Positions 8,126-16,704 of a DNA stretch of 20,000 bases are shown in pieces. Position 1 is the stretch's first letter. Every line of letters starts with the position of its first letter. Under the pieces are notes generated by a model. The model did no database searches. It was not told the origin of the DNA and saw only the letters and a list, made by a program, of their open reading frames with translations. Made by a program: the position numbers and the translations under genes. The DNA comes from an uncultured virus (IMG/VR IMGVR_UViG_3300035505_000652) (Duplodnaviria; Heunggongvirae; Uroviricota; Caudoviricetes): IMG/VR virus record IMGVR_UViG_3300035505_000652, one strand, 5' to 3'.

Positions 8126-8989
8126 TTAAAATGGAGCTTTGTCCTTGTCAATAAATGGGTCTGCAAACTCCATGGAATTAGTATCACTAAAAGGGTCTAT
8201 CTCTTCAATTACCGGCTCTGGTCTGTAATCCACTTTTAAAACAGGCTTTCCAATGGCAATGCTGTCCAAAGCAGCTTTTGAAGGTTCGGGTTCAGGGGCT
8301 TCCTCTTTGATTTCAGGGAAGTCTTTTACCAACTTAGGTTCTTCATCAAAAATATCCACAATCTTAGGTTCTTCACTATAATCCTTGGTTAAGACAGGGC
8401 TTCCTATTGCAATGCTGTCCAAGAAAGCTTGTGGGATTTCATCAATTTGTTCCTCAACTTTAACCTCAACCTTTGGGATTTCCAAAATACTTGGGGTTGT
8501 ATGGGGAAGCTCGGTCTTTATGGCGGTCGGCGTGTCCTTTTTGATTATGGTGTTTATTTCTTTTTGGTTCTTCCTGTTTAATGCCTTATTGTAATTGAAA
8601 GAATTATCCATGTCATCATCTGGAAAGCTTCTTCCATCAGTCATCTTTAACTCTTCAAGGTTGTTGTATCTGACGGTAATCATCCTGCTCAATGTCTGGT
8701 ATTGCTGTTTGGTCGCCTTTCCAATCTCGTCAACAAGGTTCTGCTTGTCTATAATATCTTCCTTTAAGACTTTGTTTCCCTGCCTTCCAGCCTCCCTTGA
8801 CAATATTTTCAATTGGCCCTGCAGCTCGCATAGATAGAAATATTTATTTGAAGACATCGCCAATAATTCTCCAACCATGTTGGCATCATCAATTGTATGT
8901 ATGGATGTTGGTATTTCCATATGGAACTCCTCTATAGCCCATTTTGTAAAATCCATGGGTGTCATTGCGACCAATTGCTCTAATGTCAT
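8126..8989 (-). CDS. Hypothetical protein: helical N-terminus, acidic Pro-rich C-terminus with an internal duplication, ending in PF
   Basis: GGAGGT RBS. LDSIAIG.PVL..DY..EP occurs twice; the protein ends FADPFIDKDKAPF. Confidence 0.8.
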   Translation of the reverse strand: MTLEQLVAMTPMDFTKWAIEEFHMEIPTSIHTIDDANMVGELLAMSSNKYFYLCELQGQLKILSREAGRQGNKVLKEDIIDKQNLVDEIGKATKQQYQTLSRMITVRYNNLEELKMTDGRSFPDDDMDNSFNYNKALNRKNQKEINTIIKKDTPTAIKTELPHTTPSILEIPKVEVKVEEQIDEIPQAFLDSIAIGSPVLTKDYSEEPKIVDIFDEEPKLVKDFPEIKEEAPEPEPSKAALDSIAIGKPVLKVDYRPEPVIEEIDPFSDTNSMEFADPFIDKDKAPF

Positions 8990-9253
8990 AAAATTACCTC
9001 CAAAATATTTTTAAAAGTTATATTTTCCCTTTACTTGTTTTTATTATACCACAACAAAATCCCTTTGTAAAGAAAAATTTTTATCTTAACAAAAATTTTT
9101 TAATAGGGTTATTTTACAAATTTTGCACAGTATTGTGCATTTTTTTTATGACAAGCAGTTTTTATCCTCATATAATATGGGTAACAGGTAAAAATATTTT
9201 TAACAAAAATTATCAAGATATTTTTTGATGATTTTTCATAAGGAGTTTTAAAA

Positions 9254-10579
9254 ATGAGTAGGAAGAAAAAAATAATTTTAATAATCGCCATAGTGCTTGT
9301 AATAATAGGTGCTTTGGTTGGAGGGGCTTTTATATTTGCTAACAATTATCTTAACAAGATTACATATACAACATGGGAGGATACAGAAGTTATTACAGAT
9401 GATGAGCTTGAACTAGAATCAGAGGATGAAGAGGAATTGGAAACCTTGGAAGTCGTTGAAGAGGAGGATGTTGAATTTGCCTTTGATGAAAACGATATTT
9501 TGGAAAAAGTCCCCCATGTATCGAATATCCTTTTAATTGGGGAGGAAAACGTCTATAAGGATGAGAGGGGCAGGACAGACAGCATGATGATTTTAAGCAT
9601 CAATACTGTCGAGAAGACAATAAAGCTTACATCCTTGATGAGGGATTCCTATGTAAAGATACCAGACCACAAGGATAACAGATTGAATGCGGCTTACACA
9701 TTGGGAGGCGTTCCCTTATTGGTAAGCACGATTGAAACAAACTTTGGCATTCTAATAGATAACACTGTTCTTGTAAACTTCAAGGCGTTCCAAAACATAA
9801 TAGACATCCTTGGAGGCGTTGACATTGAGCTTACACAGGCAGAGGCAGATTATCTTAACACTACAAATTATATCTCAAAGCATGATGATTCGACAGAGTG
9901 TTTTGCAGGCATGAACCACTTTAACGGCATGCAGGCTTTGGGTTATTGCAGGGTCAGGTATGTCAAGGGCATAGATGGAGAGTCTAATGACTTTGGAAGG
10001 ACAAACAGACAAAGAACAGTCCTCTCGCAATTATACCAAAACTATAAGGATGCAAGCTTGACAACATTATTGGAACTTGTAAATGAAATCCTTCCATATG
10101 TGACAACTGATATGACCAAGGATGAGATTATTGATTATGTCATGGTTGCATTGACATTGAAGAGCGATGAATTGGAGACATTCAGACTTCCTATGGATAA
10201 CGCATATCAAAATGTTTCAATCAGGGGGATGTCTGTATTGAATCTTGATTGGGAAAAGAACAGAGCAGCCTTAAAGGAATTTATTTATGGAGAGCTTCCA
10301 ATAGATGAGGATGAGACAGAGACAGCTACTGAAATAGAAGCAGAAACAACCAGCAAGAGCGAGGTTGAAAGCACAAGCGAAACCATTCCAAGCATTGAAG
10401 TCCCACAAGAGGTTGAAAGCATTGTTGAGGTTATTGAACCACAAGTCGAGGAAGTTGTTCCAAACACCATTGAAACTGTCCCTTCCTTGGAGGAAACCCC
10501 GGCAATCATTGACACTGATGTTGCAATAGACCCGACAATAATTGATGCGGCACAGCCGATAGTGGAAAACATCCAATAA
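9254..10579 (+). CDS. LCP (LytR-CpsA-Psr) family cell-wall glycopolymer transferase
   Basis: N-terminal TM; RTDSMM, SLMRDS, RLNAAY, ALGYCRVR and DFGRTNRQR motifs; acidic low-complexity tail. Confidence 0.95.
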   Translation: MSRKKKIILIIAIVLVIIGALVGGAFIFANNYLNKITYTTWEDTEVITDDELELESEDEEELETLEVVEEEDVEFAFDENDILEKVPHVSNILLIGEENVYKDERGRTDSMMILSINTVEKTIKLTSLMRDSYVKIPDHKDNRLNAAYTLGGVPLLVSTIETNFGILIDNTVLVNFKAFQNIIDILGGVDIELTQAEADYLNTTNYISKHDDSTECFAGMNHFNGMQALGYCRVRYVKGIDGESNDFGRTNRQRTVLSQLYQNYKDASLTTLLELVNEILPYVTTDMTKDEIIDYVMVALTLKSDELETFRLPMDNAYQNVSIRGMSVLNLDWEKNRAALKEFIYGELPIDEDETETATEIEAETTSKSEVESTSETIPSIEVPQEVESIVEVIEPQVEEVVPNTIETVPSLEETPAIIDTDVAIDPTIIDAAQPIVENIQ

Positions 10580-10593
10580 GGAAAGATAAATCT

Positions 10594-11295
10594 ATGACAG
10601 TATTTATACTAAAAATAATAGCCTTGATATGCATGGTCATTGACCATGTAGGCTATTTTTTTATAAAAGATGATACATATTTAACATATAGGATTATAGG
10701 AAGGATTGCAGCCCCAGTATTTTTATTTATATTTGTCGAAGGGTTTTTAAAAACCAAGGATAGGCGTAAATATCAAAAAAGGCTTCTCATTTCAAGCTTG
10801 GCTATGTTTGTCGGCAACTTTATATTAAACCTTTTTATAGACAATATGTATCCGCTTAACACGAATATATTTTTCACAATGTTCTTATGCTCGTGCATAC
10901 TAACCTTGTTTGAGGATTGGAAATGGCGTAAAGTCTTGGACTTAGCAGTGCTTTTATTGTTCCTGCACTTTGCGGAGTATTCCTATATAGCCTTGTTTTG
11001 CGTCTTGGTATTTTATATATATTTGAAATTAATAGAGAATAAAAGCTTGGTTGGGGATAAGATAATGAAATTCAGCATCAAATCTGCATTTGTAGCAGTT
11101 TATTTTATTGGAAGCATTATTGTATGTTGGTTTATGGATAATATACTGCAGGTCTCCATGGTGCTTGCCATCCTTCCAATATTGCTTTATAATGGAAAGC
11201 TTGGCCTACGAAACAAATTTATCAAATATTTTTATTATATCTTTTATATGGCTCACCTTTGGCTTTTTGCCATATTGCGACAGTTTTTTGCATAA
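10594..11295 (+). CDS. TraX-family membrane acyltransferase
   Basis: LKIIALICMVIDH, IGRIAAP.F....VEGF..T, NIFFT, EY, LLYNG.LG and FYYIFY.AHL motifs. Confidence 0.9.
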   Translation: MTVFILKIIALICMVIDHVGYFFIKDDTYLTYRIIGRIAAPVFLFIFVEGFLKTKDRRKYQKRLLISSLAMFVGNFILNLFIDNMYPLNTNIFFTMFLCSCILTLFEDWKWRKVLDLAVLLLFLHFAEYSYIALFCVLVFYIYLKLIENKSLVGDKIMKFSIKSAFVAVYFIGSIIVCWFMDNILQVSMVLAILPILLYNGKLGLRNKFIKYFYYIFYMAHLWLFAILRQFFA

Positions 11296-11320
11296 AAATT
11301 AAAATTTTTGTAAAATAATG

Positions 11321-11349
11321 TTGACATAAGGTGTGCAAAATGTTATTAT
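11321..11349 (+). promoter_or_regulatory. sigmaA promoter
   Basis: TTGACA-N17-TATTAT with TGn. Confidence 0.65.
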
Positions 11350-11419
11350 AAAAATGAGCTTGGCATTATTTAATGCTTGGCTTGAAAATCTAATGTTTTA
11401 TGGAGGCAAAAGAAAGCTT

Positions 11420-11671
11420 ATGGAGAGTGACAACAAAGTACTGCAGGTAAAAGTGAAGGTTGAAATGGATGAGATATCCGATATGTGCAAATTGTTAAAC
11501 GACTGCCAAAATGCAGAGTTTGATGTGCAATCAAGGAATGTATGCATTGATGGAAAGGATATCAATAGTTGGAAAGTCTTAAATTTAAAAAATCCATTGA
11601 CTGTAAGGTGTATTGTGGCAAGTGATGGATTCATGGAAATCAAAAACAAATTAAGAAAATATTTAATTTAA
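11420..11671 (+). CDS. HPr-fold (PTS phosphocarrier-like) protein without His15 and with Asp at the Ser46 position
   Basis: 83 aa. FDVQSRNVCIDGKDINSWKVLNLKNPLTV aligns with the clostridial HPr-like pattern FDL.SGRY.IDAKSIMGIFSLDLS.P; C-terminal L.KYLI; GGAGG at 11402-11406. Confidence 0.7.
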   Translation: MESDNKVLQVKVKVEMDEISDMCKLLNDCQNAEFDVQSRNVCIDGKDINSWKVLNLKNPLTVRCIVASDGFMEIKNKLRKYLI

Positions 11672-11682
11672 ATATATTACAA

Positions 11683-11709
11683 AACCCTCTTTGAACACAA
11701 AGAGGGTTT
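11683..11709. terminator. Bidirectional terminator
   Basis: aaaccctctttg-aaca-caaagagggttt between convergent genes. Confidence 0.8.
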
Positions 11710-11742
11710 GTTTTATAATAAGGTTATTTAAAGTTTTATCAA

Positions 11743-12516
11743 TCATTGGTTAAAATAAGAATATAAATCATTAAAAATTACATTCATATCCTCATGCATA
11801 ACCACATCTGCATACTTGTCATAATTTGTCGGGTCTCGATTTATAATAACCATGTTAAGTCCTTCAAAATACCCAATCATTGATGCAGCCGGTTCAACTT
11901 GCAATGAAGACCCGCATATGATAATGCAGTCTGAACTCATAAGGCACTCCATGGCACCCTTGACTGCATTATTGGGAAGGTTTTCCCCATAAAGGACTAC
12001 ATCAGGCTTCACATAGTTGTTTGACTTGCCGCAATCACATCTAGGGATATCCTCCTTGGAATCAAAAATGTAATCAATTCCAAACTCCTTGCCGCACTTT
12101 ATGCAATGGTTTGTCCCTATTGTTCCATGGATTTTAAAAATCTTTTGGCTTCCTGCCTTTTCATGAAGCATATCGATATTTTGGGTTACTATCCCTGATA
12201 CCTTGCCCTTCTCCTCCAATAAAGCCATTGTCTTGTGTACCATGTTTGGCTTATAAGGACGGGCATCCATTTTCTTTTTATAGAAGGAATAAAAGATTTT
12301 AGGATTATAGTTGAAGCATTCCTTGCTTAAAAGGTATTCTGGCTTATATTTCTTAAACTCCTCATCAACTTTGTTGTATAATCCATCAGGGCTTCTAAAG
12401 TCAGGGATGCCGCTTCCGGTAGATACGCCAGCTCCGCCAAAAAAGCAAATCCTATTGCTTTGTTCAATTATCTTTTTTAATTTTTCCAAATTTTGATTAT
12501 AGTTTTTATCTTCCAT
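11743..12516 (-). CDS. cobB: Sir2-family NAD-dependent protein deacylase
   Basis: GAGVSTGSGIPDFR, TQNIDMLH, IHG, CxxC/CxC zinc site, KPDVVLYGE, GSSLQVEPAA and INRDPT motifs, all intact. Confidence 0.95.
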   Translation of the reverse strand: MEDKNYNQNLEKLKKIIEQSNRICFFGGAGVSTGSGIPDFRSPDGLYNKVDEEFKKYKPEYLLSKECFNYNPKIFYSFYKKKMDARPYKPNMVHKTMALLEEKGKVSGIVTQNIDMLHEKAGSQKIFKIHGTIGTNHCIKCGKEFGIDYIFDSKEDIPRCDCGKSNNYVKPDVVLYGENLPNNAVKGAMECLMSSDCIIICGSSLQVEPAASMIGYFEGLNMVIINRDPTNYDKYADVVMHEDMNVIFNDLYSYFNQ

Positions 12517-12566
12517 AACTTAACCTCAAATTAATTTAATCATTAAGCAAAGAAAAGCCTTTCAAG

Positions 12567-12872
12567 TTAAAAAGGCTTTTGGGTTGTCTGTGGCGCTGTC
12601 ATAGTGTCTGCAAAGTTGTAATTCTTGTATGAATTGATTACATCTATGGGAATCATTGATGCAAGCTTCTGCAATCCATCATTATACTCTTTTTCCTTCT
12701 GCTGGATGTCAGTCATTGCTGTTTGTGGATTAATCCCCAACTTTATCAATTCCTCTGCAACCTGCTTGTATTGGTTTTCAAGATTGCTTAACTTATCTGA
12801 AATCCTAACCTGAAGCACTTCGCCATTTTTGATATATTCTTCCAATTGTTCCAATGATAAATTGTTATCCAT
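12567..12872 (-). CDS. Hypothetical coiled-coil protein
   Basis: Heptad-like helices; LGINP turn; own promoter; ends QKPF. Confidence 0.75.
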   Translation of the reverse strand: MDNNLSLEQLEEYIKNGEVLQVRISDKLSNLENQYKQVAEELIKLGINPQTAMTDIQQKEKEYNDGLQKLASMIPIDVINSYKNYNFADTMTAPQTTQKPF

Positions 12873-12928
12873 AAAATTTTCCCTTTCTTTTCAAACCTTT
12901 AAACAATTCAAAGGTATTATTTTCTTCT

Positions 12929-12957
12929 ATTATAAAACATTCACCCTTAAAAGTCAA
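12929..12957 (-). promoter_or_regulatory. sigmaA promoter
   Basis: Minus strand TTGACT-N17-TATAAT. Confidence 0.7.
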
Positions 12958-13164
12958 GATATTAAAGAAATATTTATGTCTTAATTTTTTTATTAAATAA
13001 AATACTTTTCTTAATAAACAACCTTCCTTGATACCTTGACAAATTCAAGAGATTTTTCTAATTCTTTTTATTCCTTAATAAAAACTTTAACAATATTCCT
13101 TTGGAATCTTATTACCTTCAAAGTTCTTTTAAATATGTAAGATTACCTTTCCTTTATATAACCT

Positions 13165-13190
13165 ATAAATTCTCATCCATGAGAATTTAT
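13165..13190. repeat. Dispersed palindrome copy 4 (opposite polarity)
   Basis: ATAAATTCTCAT-CC-ATGAGAATTTAT, followed by CTATTAATTAA. Confidence 0.9.
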
Positions 13191-13615
13191 CTATTAATTA
13201 AAGTATCTTGGTTATTATTATCCTCCATTAAGTGAATAAAAATGAAAGGTAAAAAGAAGAAAGTTCAAAATGAATAAAGAAATATGGATGGATAAAATAA
13301 ATGGAAGAAAAATAAAGTTTATTAAAAATCTTATATGGAAGTTTTGAAAGCCTTATACCTTCAAATTTCTTTTACATCCTCCCTATTAATAAAATCAAAC
13401 ATAAGATTTTGGTTGCTAGATATTAGATGTATGATATAAGATTTTATTTTAGAGATGCAAAAACTCTTTCAATAAATTACTCCTTATACATCTTCCTTAT
13501 AATTGAATTTTCTTTCTTTTATATTTCAAAATTTCATTCCTTTGATGTGAATTTATATGAATTGCAGCTTGAAATATTTTGAGAAATAAAGTGTTAGAAG
13601 TTTTTTATTTAATGA

Positions 13616-13641
13616 ATAAATTCCCATGGATGGGAATTTAT
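13616..13641. repeat. Dispersed palindrome copy 5
   Basis: ATAAATTCCCAT-GG-ATGGGAATTTAT, preceded by TTATTTAATGA. Confidence 0.9.
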
Positions 13642-13733
13642 AAAAATTTTATATAGGTGGATAATCTTTGCTATTGCAAGAAAACAAAAAAAATAGTAGA
13701 CTTAATTTGACAAAATTTAAAGGAGATTTTAAC

Positions 13734-14759
13734 ATGAGGATTTGGTTTAACCATTGGTTCAGCACTGCATACCATTTTATAAACATGGCAAGGAATGCCT
13801 TTAAGATGGAAGGTAAGGATATATCCATTATTGGAACAAATGAAAGGGAAACTTGTGTTTATAAGGAAAATGTTGATGAGTTTTATGTTGAACCAGTATT
13901 TAGGAATTTAGAGGATTATGGGGATTGGTGCTTGGAGTTTTGTAAGGAACACAAAATAGATATCTTCTTTGTCAAAAGAAACATGGCTTACATCACTCAA
14001 ATTAAAAAGGAATTTGATGCTATCAATGTCAAGGTGGTGTGTGAAGGCGACTTGGATAAGTTCCAAACTTTGAATGATAAGTTCAAGACAATGAAGCTTT
14101 TTGAAGGATTGGATATTGTAAACATCCCAGACATGGAGCTGGTAAATACAAGAAAGGAATTTGAAGATGCCTATGATAATATGTCCAAGAAGCATCCAAG
14201 GCTTTGCATTAAATACAATGTTGATGAGGGAGGGCAAAGCTACAAATTAATAAGCGAAAGGAAACCCAATATTGGAAGAATATCTGAAAATAATGGGTTG
14301 GTTTATACTTATGACTATGTATGCCAATGCTTGGATTGTGTGGAAAGATTTCAAGATTTAATAGTGATGCCTTATTTAAACGGGGTTGAAATAAGCATTG
14401 ATTGTTTGGGATTAGGGGATGAATTGTTGACAATCCCAAGATACAAATTAAACAACAGGGTGACAAGGCTTGACTTGGATGAAAGCTTAATAGGGATTGC
14501 AAAGAAGATTTATAACATTGTCAAATTGGATATGCCTTTCAATATTCAATTAAGGTATAATAATGATAAATTGTATTTATTGGAAATCAATACAAGATTG
14601 TCTGGAGGGGCTTGGAAGGATAACTATATTGGAATTAACTTCCCATACTTGGCAGCTAAGAAGCTTTTGGGTGAATTGGATGCATTGCCAACCCCCACGC
14701 AAAACAAGCTTGATTTAAGCAATATTGAAGGGTGCCAGATATTGCATGGACTAAATTGA
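13734..14759 (+). CDS. ATP-grasp protein of the Ter-associated type
   Basis: MRIWFNHWFSTAY N-terminus, CLEFCKEHKIDIF, NDKF, EISIDCL, FNIQ and LLEINTRLSGG motifs; AAGGAG RBS supports the 13734 start. Confidence 0.88.
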   Translation: MRIWFNHWFSTAYHFINMARNAFKMEGKDISIIGTNERETCVYKENVDEFYVEPVFRNLEDYGDWCLEFCKEHKIDIFFVKRNMAYITQIKKEFDAINVKVVCEGDLDKFQTLNDKFKTMKLFEGLDIVNIPDMELVNTRKEFEDAYDNMSKKHPRLCIKYNVDEGGQSYKLISERKPNIGRISENNGLVYTYDYVCQCLDCVERFQDLIVMPYLNGVEISIDCLGLGDELLTIPRYKLNNRVTRLDLDESLIGIAKKIYNIVKLDMPFNIQLRYNNDKLYLLEINTRLSGGAWKDNYIGINFPYLAAKKLLGELDALPTPTQNKLDLSNIEGCQILHGLN

Positions 14760-14782
14760 TTATTGGAATTTTATTTAATATT

Positions 14783-14807
14783 AAAAAGAGGCTTTCAAGC
14801 CTCTTTT
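14783..14807. terminator. Bidirectional terminator
   Basis: aaaagaggct-ttca-agcctctttt. Confidence 0.8.
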
Positions 14808-14837
14808 ATTGTTTATGGTATTGTTGTCTTATTGTTT

Positions 14838-15470
14838 TTAATTAGATTTGTTGTTAGCCTCATCTTTTCCAATTGTCTGCATATCTTTAAAAAGCTCATT
14901 GTTGTTAGTTATGCTGGGGTTTTCATAAAAATTGTCAAGGGCTTGCTTTCTTTTATTAGAAATTGATGGCTGGCAATAAAATATAAACATTACAATTTTT
15001 ATAGCTAATGTAACCAATAAAAATAAGACTATCATCACCCCGCCCATGCTTTCCATGGATTTTATGCCTTGGGTGCTTAATTCAAGAAGGTTTGGTCCGC
15101 CTTCAAGAGACATTTCCCCTAGAAAAACAAGAACAACCCCAATGGTGACTATAATTTCAGAAACAACTTCCCCGACAAACCCTACAATGTATGTAATGCA
15201 AGTCCTTCCTATGTCATGAAGCCTTCTTATTGATATTGACATGGATGGGATAAAGGTAAGAAGTTCAAAAACCTTATATAAAAGGTTCGTAACAGTCAAT
15301 ATAATGCTTGATATGCCCAACAATGTTCCACCTAATGTAAAAAGGTAAACTACAAGGCATATTATGGCATTGATAATCATTGGAATCCAAAATTCCCTTC
15401 TTGTTGATTTCCCTTTAAAATCAAAAACTTTTTTAAAATATAATAAATAAGCGTCTTTAATGCCTATCAT
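14838..15470 (-). CDS. DUF805 (YhaH-like) membrane protein
   Basis: FDFKGKSTRREFW and IPSMSISIRRLHDIGR motifs, TM helices, C-terminal CQPS. Confidence 0.9.
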   Translation of the reverse strand: MIGIKDAYLLYFKKVFDFKGKSTRREFWIPMIINAIICLVVYLFTLGGTLLGISSIILTVTNLLYKVFELLTFIPSMSISIRRLHDIGRTCITYIVGFVGEVVSEIIVTIGVVLVFLGEMSLEGGPNLLELSTQGIKSMESMGGVMIVLFLLVTLAIKIVMFIFYCQPSISNKRKQALDNFYENPSITNNNELFKDMQTIGKDEANNKSN

Positions 15471-15548
15471 TGAATCATCTCCTTTTTCTTTATAATATGT
15501 TTTTTTAAAGTTATTTATAATAAAATAAAATCCAAGCTTGAAAATAAA

Positions 15549-15577
15549 AAACCCTTCATTAATTCAACGAAGGGTTT
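15549..15577 (-). terminator. Terminator between the DUF805 genes
   Basis: aaacccttc...gaagggttt with a T-run on the minus strand. Confidence 0.6.
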
Positions 15578-15584
15578 GTTTTTC

Positions 15585-16133
15585 TTAATAAGGACCATTT
15601 TGGTTATTTTGGTTTGGGTCGTAATAATTTTGGTTCTGGTTGTTTCCATATTGATTGTTGTTATATGGATTGTTGTAAGGGTTTTGGTTTGGCTGTCCGC
15701 CATAAGGGTTTCCCATGTTGTAAGGATTTTGTCCCATAAAATAGCCTTTAGGGTTTGGACCCCATTGGTTGTCTGGAACACTGTCCAAGCACATGAACAC
15801 TATTAAAATAATGCTGCCAATTCCACAAACAAAACTTAGAGCCATGCATATTAAAAGCCACCATCCACTCTTGCCGATATCATGCAATCTTCTTATTTGA
15901 AGGGCAATTGATGGAATTATAATAGCCAACATGTAAAGCACGTATGGGATATAGGTTACAATTGTAAAGAAACCAGTTCTTCCTCTGTCAAGAGCTTGGC
16001 CGATACCCATAATAATTCCCAAAATAATACCTATAATAAAATTATCAAGAACAAACCACCAATACTCGCTTCTTGTACTTCTGCCACTAAAGTTAAAATA
16101 ATTGTGCCAAAAAGATGACCATGCTTGTTTCAT
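15585..16133 (-). CDS. DUF805 membrane protein with Asn/Gln/Tyr/Pro-rich tail
   Basis: FNFSGRSTRSEYWW, IRRLHDIGKSGWW and DS.PDNQWGPNPK motifs; AAAGGAG RBS. Confidence 0.95.
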   Translation of the reverse strand: MKQAWSSFWHNYFNFSGRSTRSEYWWFVLDNFIIGIILGIIMGIGQALDRGRTGFFTIVTYIPYVLYMLAIIIPSIALQIRRLHDIGKSGWWLLICMALSFVCGIGSIILIVFMCLDSVPDNQWGPNPKGYFMGQNPYNMGNPYGGQPNQNPYNNPYNNNQYGNNQNQNYYDPNQNNQNGPY

Positions 16134-16296
16134 AAAATTTTCTCCTTTCCAAAAGATAATTTAAGTTGGACCATCATTAATATGACAGTTTCCCTTTATT
16201 ATATGACTTCTCGATTTGAAATATTATTAAAATTTGATTGTTTGGATAATTAATGGCATTAATGGAAATTTTTTGCTTCCAAACAACCATTTTCAA

Positions 16297-16704
16297 TCAC
16301 CAATCATGTTCAAACAATACGACTTCATCATCCTGTAATCCATCCAACAATTTCTTTATGGATTTCAATGCATTGAGGATGCCTTCAACCTCCAAATACT
16401 CATAAGTCTCTTCCATTTGCTTTAATTTTTCCCTAAACTTAATATCAAGCCAATTCACAAGGTATTCCAAATTTTTCTTGGACAATTCAATGCATTCATT
16501 GTTGTCGCATTTGATGTTATACTCTTCAAAAAATTCTATAAAGATATCATCATTGCTCCAAATATCTTCATCAATACTGGATATAGAATTGTAATTTATC
16601 CAATCATATGACCACATATCAGACAATGTGATATTGGGCATGGCCTTTTTCAACTCTTCCAATCTGCCTCTTTTCATCTTCAACATATTCATATCATAGC
16701 CCAT
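16297..16704 (-). CDS. Hypothetical acidic phage-type protein
   Basis: AAGGAGG RBS supports the start MGYDMNML; ends FEHDW. Confidence 0.75.
   Translation of the reverse strand: MGYDMNMLKMKRGRLEELKKAMPNITLSDMWSYDWINYNSISSIDEDIWSNDDIFIEFFEEYNIKCDNNECIELSKKNLEYLVNWLDIKFREKLKQMEETYEYLEVEGILNALKSIKKLLDGLQDDEVVLFEHDW

Noticed and set aside
11743..12516. Sirtuin as an anti-phage SIR2 NADase (Thoeris/DSR type)
   Set aside because: It is a canonical zinc-binding CobB-like deacylase of 257 aa with no partner defence domains.
3978..13641. Palindromes as a CRISPR array or as terminators
   Set aside because: The copies are irregularly spaced (165 bp to kilobases) with no spacer periodicity and no cas genes. 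They have 2-nt centres, lack U-tails and are not positioned at gene ends.
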